A DNA stretch of 64,000 bases from Gracilinanus agilis (Eukaryota): assembly GCF_016433145.1 (NCBI RefSeq), contig NC_058130.1:53508793-53572792 (forward strand), read 5' to 3'. Position numbers and translations under genes: made by a program. The notes below the pieces were generated by a model. It worked only from the letters and a program-made list of their open reading frames with translations. It was not told the DNA's origin and did not search any database. Positions 58,880 through 64,000 of this stretch are shown here, piece by piece. Numbering within the stretch: position 1 is the stretch's first letter; each line of letters opens with the position of its first letter.

Positions 58880-59960
58880 ATTCAATTCAATAAGCATTCA
58901 TCAAGCACCTACTACATACCAAGAACAGTGCTAAGTACCATAACTCCAAAGACAAAAAGAAAATAGTCTTTGGCCTTGAGGAGTTTATATGATACTAAGG
59001 GGAAACTATATTGTAAATAAGTCCTAAAATTATACAAAATAAATACAAATTAATTTGGGAGAGAGTAACTGGGGGAAATCCACAAAAATTTTTTGTAGTA
59101 GTTGGCATTTGAACTAAACTTTGGAGATGATGGGGACAGTTTTTGTAAAGACATAAAGACAAAATGGCACATGCTGAGAAGTGAGTAGGCAAGTGGACTA
59201 GTTTGGTTGGGATGCAGAGTGATAGAGGAAGAATAATTAACCTGGAAAGTTGGGCTGAAGTTATAATGTGGAAAAGTGTAAATGCCAAATGGAGAAGTCT
59301 TTTATCCTAGAGGCAATAGGGAGCCACATAAGTTTTCTGAGCATGGTAAAGGAGATGTGAGTAAATTCAAAGGGACAGATTTGAAAATGTTATCAAGTAC
59401 TGCCAAGACTTGGCAACTGGTTGAACATGGGATGTGAGAGAGTGAAGAGTTGAGAATGAATCAAAGGCTTTGAACCTGGATAATGAGGATAGTAAATTTT
59501 GTTCTTATTTTTGTATGTATTATTTCCCCTCAGTAGAATGCAGTTGCCTTTGACTGCAACTGACAAACTGAGAGGCAATATGGCCTAGTGCAACATTGGC
59601 GAACCTTTGAGTTTTGAGTGTCCAGAGGGCAAATTCAAGCTGCCTGTGAGCCCTTGCATTACTGGAAAGAGCTGAGGGAGAAAGTCCTTGCTTTGGAAGG
59701 CTGGACAGAGGGGTGGGGCATGCAAAAAAGTGTCCTTGGGAACTGGGAAGAGGGGGAATAGAATAGCTCCCCAGTGCCTGCTCTTCACCAGTGCCAAGGC
59801 TGGTCTAGTGGATAGAACATTTATGAGGAATAGGGAAGGGAGTAGGGGGGATAGATCTAAGAAGAAAATTATTAAGTTCCGCTTTAGACATGCTGAGTGT
59901 GAAGCGACTACAGGACATTTTGAAGATGATGTTTGACAGATTACTAGTGAGACAGGGCTG
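58880..59960 (-). mobile_element. L2 LINE fragment
   Basis: Begins cattcaattcaataagcattcatcaagcacctactacatacc (reverse L2 3' end), then purine-rich L2-like sequence; approximate ends. Confidence 0.6.
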
Positions 59961-60180
59961 AATCTCAGAAGAGGATGACTAGATTTCAAAGGATTACAGA
60001 TTTAGAGCTGGAAAGAACCTTAGAGGACATAAAATCTGATCCTTTTCTTGCCCTCTTATTTTTCAGAGAAAACTAAAACATATAGAAGTTCAGTAAATTA
60101 TCTAGGGTCATACAACTAGTGTCTGAACAAAGATATAACCCCAAATTCAACTAACTCCAGTATAGCTCCATTCACTAGGC

Positions 60181-60454
60181 CAGTGATGGTGAACCTATGG
60201 CATAGGTGCCAAAGATGGCACGCAGAGCACTCTCTGTTGCCCTCCTCTGTCGCCTGCCCTCCCCACATCCCAGTTCATTACTAGAAAGGCAGAGGGCCTC
60301 AAGTGAAGCTGCTCCCTTCCTCCTCTCATTGTACCTGACAACATTTTTTCACATCACCCTCTTCTCTACCCAGCAGCCCAATGGGAGCCCTTCCCTGGGG
60401 GATGGGATGAGGTTGGGGTCCAGCACTCCATCTCTAAAAGGTTAAACATCACTG
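60181..60454. mobile_element. Non-autonomous hAT DNA transposon (MITE), 274 bp
   Basis: TIRs CAGTGATGGTGAACC / GGTTAAACATCACTG; perfect 8-bp TSD CACTAGGC (60173-60180 and 60455-60462). Confidence 0.9.
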
Positions 60455-62099
60455 CACTAGGCCATGAGATTGGGAGGGTAGCTTCGTCCTACTAAGGGGA
60501 AACAATATGTATACAGATAAGTACAAAAAAAATGCATGTAAAATAAATACAAAGTAATTTGGGGCAAGAAGCAATTATAAGTAGGGAAAGTCAGGAAAAG
60601 CCTTTTTCTAAGAGGTAAGAGAGATGACGGTTGAACTTATAGGAGTTGATCATATCACTAAGAGAGAATATATAGAGAAGTGAGCCTCATCACATCCCAA
60701 GAGGACACTGTTATTGGTGCTTCTGTATTTGGGGCCCAGTCCTCATGACTGGTGACTGAATAAGTGCAAACTAGCCCACTTGACTCCTATATCTACTAAC
60801 AGGCATCAGAAACCATTCAGCCTTCCATCCATCTTTACATCTGCCTGCCATTCCTTACCCTCCTCCTTCTCAACTTCCTACCTTTGGCACAGTATTTAAA
60901 CCAAGAGGGCCACTGCTTCTGGAATAGACACATCAACTAACTATACTATATACAACTTGCCTCCTCAGACACAAACTCTTTTTCTTGTTTACCATGTTTG
61001 TTAAATTCCCCAATTAGAATGTATGCATCTTGAGAGGAGGGACTGTCTTGTTCCTCTCATCCTCTCCATGCTGGACCTCCTCCATGATACCCAAACTAAA
61101 GCCTCATTCCAGTCCTGGAACTCACACCAAGTACCCTTGGTTCCTGATGCCTCTCCCTGTGACTAGATGGTTCCTCACTGAACTCCCATTTAAGGAGGAG
61201 TGTCCAGGCTAACCCAGTCTCATTCTTCTTCAGGTTACACTCGGGATTTCCACTACCAGCCCCCAGGTCTTTCCCCATTATGGCACAAGTTCCTTGAAGG
61301 CAAGAACTTCCTTTCTATTTGTATTTGTAACCTCAGCACTTAAGTAGAGGTCTAGAAGTAGTAACTGCTTAATAACAAGGATTTGCTTGTTGACTTGTTT
61401 ACACTAACAGGTACATAATAGTGTTCATTCATTTGTTTAAAGAATACTGAGGAGAGGGTAGGAGGACAAAGAAGGAACCTGAAATCCTATGGAAGAGAGA
61501 GGATCTTGGAAGAGATTGAAGAAAGGAGGATGGATTCAGGGCAGAGTATTCTTCCTTCTCCCCACCCCTCCCATGTGTTCTTAATTCCCAATGATCTTCC
61601 CCAAAGATTCCCTCTCCTAAATCTGCCTGTTTATTCTCCTCCAAATCTGCCTTCTTCTTACTGATGGAGCCACAAAGCCCTTCACCTCTACCACCGTTCT
61701 CATATTCCCTTTTCCCTTAGGTGGTCCCCCCTTGAGGTTCCCACTTGTCTCCCTTCATTCCCTTACCGCATGCCCTTTCACTCCCTCACCTCAAATCCCC
61801 TCCTTCCCTAACCCTCCTCACTCCCTTGCTCTCTCATTCCCAAACTCTCTCCCTAATCTCCTCACTCCCCACATCATCCTCCCCTCCGGCCTCCTTGCCC
61901 ACCCCTCCTCATTCCTCCTGTCCTGTCATTCTCTCCCTGACCCTCTTCATTCCTTAAGTTGTTCCTTCTCCCCACGCTCCTTAACCCCACGCCCCCCTCA
62001 CTCCCAACATGGTCCTCGGTCCTCACCCCACACGCCCTCAGCCTCTTGCCTCTCTTCGTCCCCGTGTCGCTGACCCCTCCCCACGCCCCCTGAGCCTCT

Positions 62100-62844
62100 T
62101 CAATCCGTGTAACCCACCGCACCTCACTCCCAGAGTTGTCCCCCCAGTCCTCACCTCACGCCATCTCGGCCCCCCCGCCCCCTCCCCTCCTCGTCCCCCG
62201 AGTCATCGCTCCCTCCCCACGCCCCGGTCCCGCCTCCACCTTCACAGTCCGAGCTCTATCCGGATCCACGAGGCACGCGCTCGGCTGGTCTCAGTCCCTC
62301 GCGGGAGGCCGGCTGGGGTCCTCGAGCGCAGGTAACCGCTGGCTCTGCGAGGACGGGCGGAGCCGCCCACTGCGGCCCGGGGGTGGTGCAAAGGGGCCGG
62401 GCCCACTCTCGGGCGAGGCAGGGGAGCAGGAGCGTCTCAGGCCTGGGCAGTAACAGACCGCGGGAGGGCGGGGTCAGAACCGGAAGAGGCGGGGTGATTC
62501 CGCGTCTGGCCCTGTCCTAATATGGAGTTAGAACGGCGAGCTGGGCTATACCATCTGTTGGACAGAAGGGGAGACAGGAGAAGAATGTTGAGACGGCAAT
62601 GAAGGACAGACACGGCGGGAGCTTCTGCCATCGTGATAATCATTTAAAAATGTTCATTGCCTCATTTCTAAGAGGTTTATGCGAGAGCTCGGGGCAGAAG
62701 GAGAACAGCTGTGGTTTTCCTGCTCTAGCTGCCCTTACCTTCGGAATAGCGGTGGTAGCGCTCGAACCTGGCTCCCGGAAGAGACGGCGCCCAGGACCCT
62801 GTGCACTCCTGCACTTCCGCTTTCCGGCCTAGCCAGCACCAGCA
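62100..62844. promoter_or_regulatory. Bidirectional CpG-island promoter shared by TADA3 (-) and ARPC4 (+)
   Basis: Head-to-head genes; ETS/GABP-type CCGGAAG near 62480 and 62775, CACTTCCGCTTTCCGG at 62812-62827; GC boxes; candidate TADA3 exon-1 donor after 62155. Confidence 0.75.
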
Positions 62845-62847
62845 ATG
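62845..62847 (+). CDS. ARPC4: ARPC4 exon 1 (codes only the initiator Met)
   Basis: gcaATG|GTGAGA. Confidence 0.88.
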
Positions 62848-63902
62848 GTGAGAAGTGGGGATCGTTCGCCCAGGGACCCCGAAGGGACTGGGAGGGAGAT
62901 AGCCTCTCGGTGGGGCGGGGACTGAGAGGTCCTGGGGTCTGGTGAGGAGCTAGGGCCGGAGGAGAAACCAGGGCAGCTTCCCTGGGGAGGAGCCCGGGAG
63001 ATTGAGGGGGCTGGGGGAATTGGAGGGGCAAAGGCGCGGAGAGCGAATGAGGGGCCTGGCAAAGGGGTGCAGAGAGGATGAGGAGCTAGGTGGGGAGAAG
63101 GAGAGGGTTGAGGGTTCGGGGAAGGATCTGGGAGTGGGGGAGTAGGACCTGGAGGGGATGAAAGATGGGTAAGAATGAAGGGGCAAAGGCGCGGAGGGTG
63201 GATGGTGGGAAAGATGAGAGGACTGACAGGGATGGGGAGGACAGGGGAGAAGCATGGAGGGGCAGCTAGGGTACAGAAGGAAGAAGGAGAAGTGGGCATG
63301 GAGGAGGAATCCAAGAGAAGGAAGGAAGCATGAAAAGGCAGGGTTGGATCCCAGTCCTGCACTTGACAAGCTCTGAGTGACCTTGACCAAGTCACTGAAC
63401 TCTGCTTTAATTTCCTAATCCAGAGTGATAGTGTGTGATGCCCACTTTCAGGATATAAATAAAAGCACTTTGTCAGGTGTGTAGGGTCATATGAAGCTAA
63501 TTATCATTGGGAAATGAAAGGCTGCTGCAGTGGTCCAAGGTGAGGTGGGGACTAAAGAGCACAGGTTACAGAGGTCGAGGTAGCCCACCAACCAGACATT
63601 GCCACCTTTCCAGCTCTAGTCACCTGGGTGAGATGGCTGGCACAGCCCTTCAGGTCAGCCAGTGACACCAAGCCAACAATACTGTTTGTTTCCTAGCAAA
63701 AGTAACTGGGGGTGGGGGGGGGGGAATCCCTACTCTTTGGGATAGGGGCACCCAGATCTGATTCTTTATGTTTTTCCCTATAGACTGCCACTCTCCGCCC
63801 CTACCTTAGTGCCGTGCGGGCCACGCTGCAGGCTGCACTTTGCCTGGAGAATTTTTCCTCCCAGGTTGTGGAGAGGCACAACAAGCCAGAAGTGGAAGTC
63901 AG
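62845..63902 (+). CDS. ARPC4: Actin-related protein 2/3 complex subunit 4 (p20-ARC), 5' partial
   Basis: join(62845..62847,63784..63902): M|[40 protein letters not shown]; continues beyond the window. Confidence 0.95.
63784..63902 (+). CDS. ARPC4: ARPC4 exon 2
   Basis: AG at 63782-63783, GT at 63903; 119 nt. Confidence 0.95.
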
Positions 63903-64000
63903 GTAGGAAAGAAGTAGTGCATGTTTTGGGCCTCACTTAGTGGGAACTGGTGGGCACCCTGAAAACCAGCCAAGGGTTAGTGAAAATTGCAGATCCAATT

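Noticed and set aside
62848-62945. N-terminally extended ARPC4 isoform from a downstream donor (recalled from human)
   Set aside because: Read-through MVRSGD... stops at 62923-62925, and the available GT donors are out of frame or past the stop

Overview
Vertebrate genomic DNA, inferred to be marsupial and probably an opossum (Monodelphis-like SINE1/MAR1 repeats). Gene order matches human 3p25.3: the 3' part of CPNE9 (+), complete BRPF1 (+, about 1226 aa), OGG1 (+, 347 aa from the first ATG), CAMK1 (-, 373 aa), TADA3 (-, 432 aa) and the first two exons of ARPC4 (+). All exons were read by hand with GT-AG boundaries and the joined frames are consistent. A 6.05-kb class I-like endogenous retrovirus (44189-50243, - strand, GCTT target-site duplication) sits between CAMK1 and TADA3. 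It has no recognisable env, its Gag begins with a transmembrane helix, protease and RT are deleted so that nucleocapsid fuses in frame to an intact-looking integrase, its 3' LTR is internally deleted, and it carries a second polypurine tract with a candidate fossil LTR. Host-gene oddities include a spliced uORF ending 4 nt before the BRPF1 start, a 13-aa Pro/Gly extension of BRPF1 exon 4, GTG in place of OGG1 Met1, interlocked OGG1/CAMK1 poly(A) signals and a duplicated TADA3 splice acceptor. A hAT MITE with a perfect 8-bp TSD lies in TADA3 intron 1. Comparisons with human or mouse proteins are from memory and need alignment; no searches were run.
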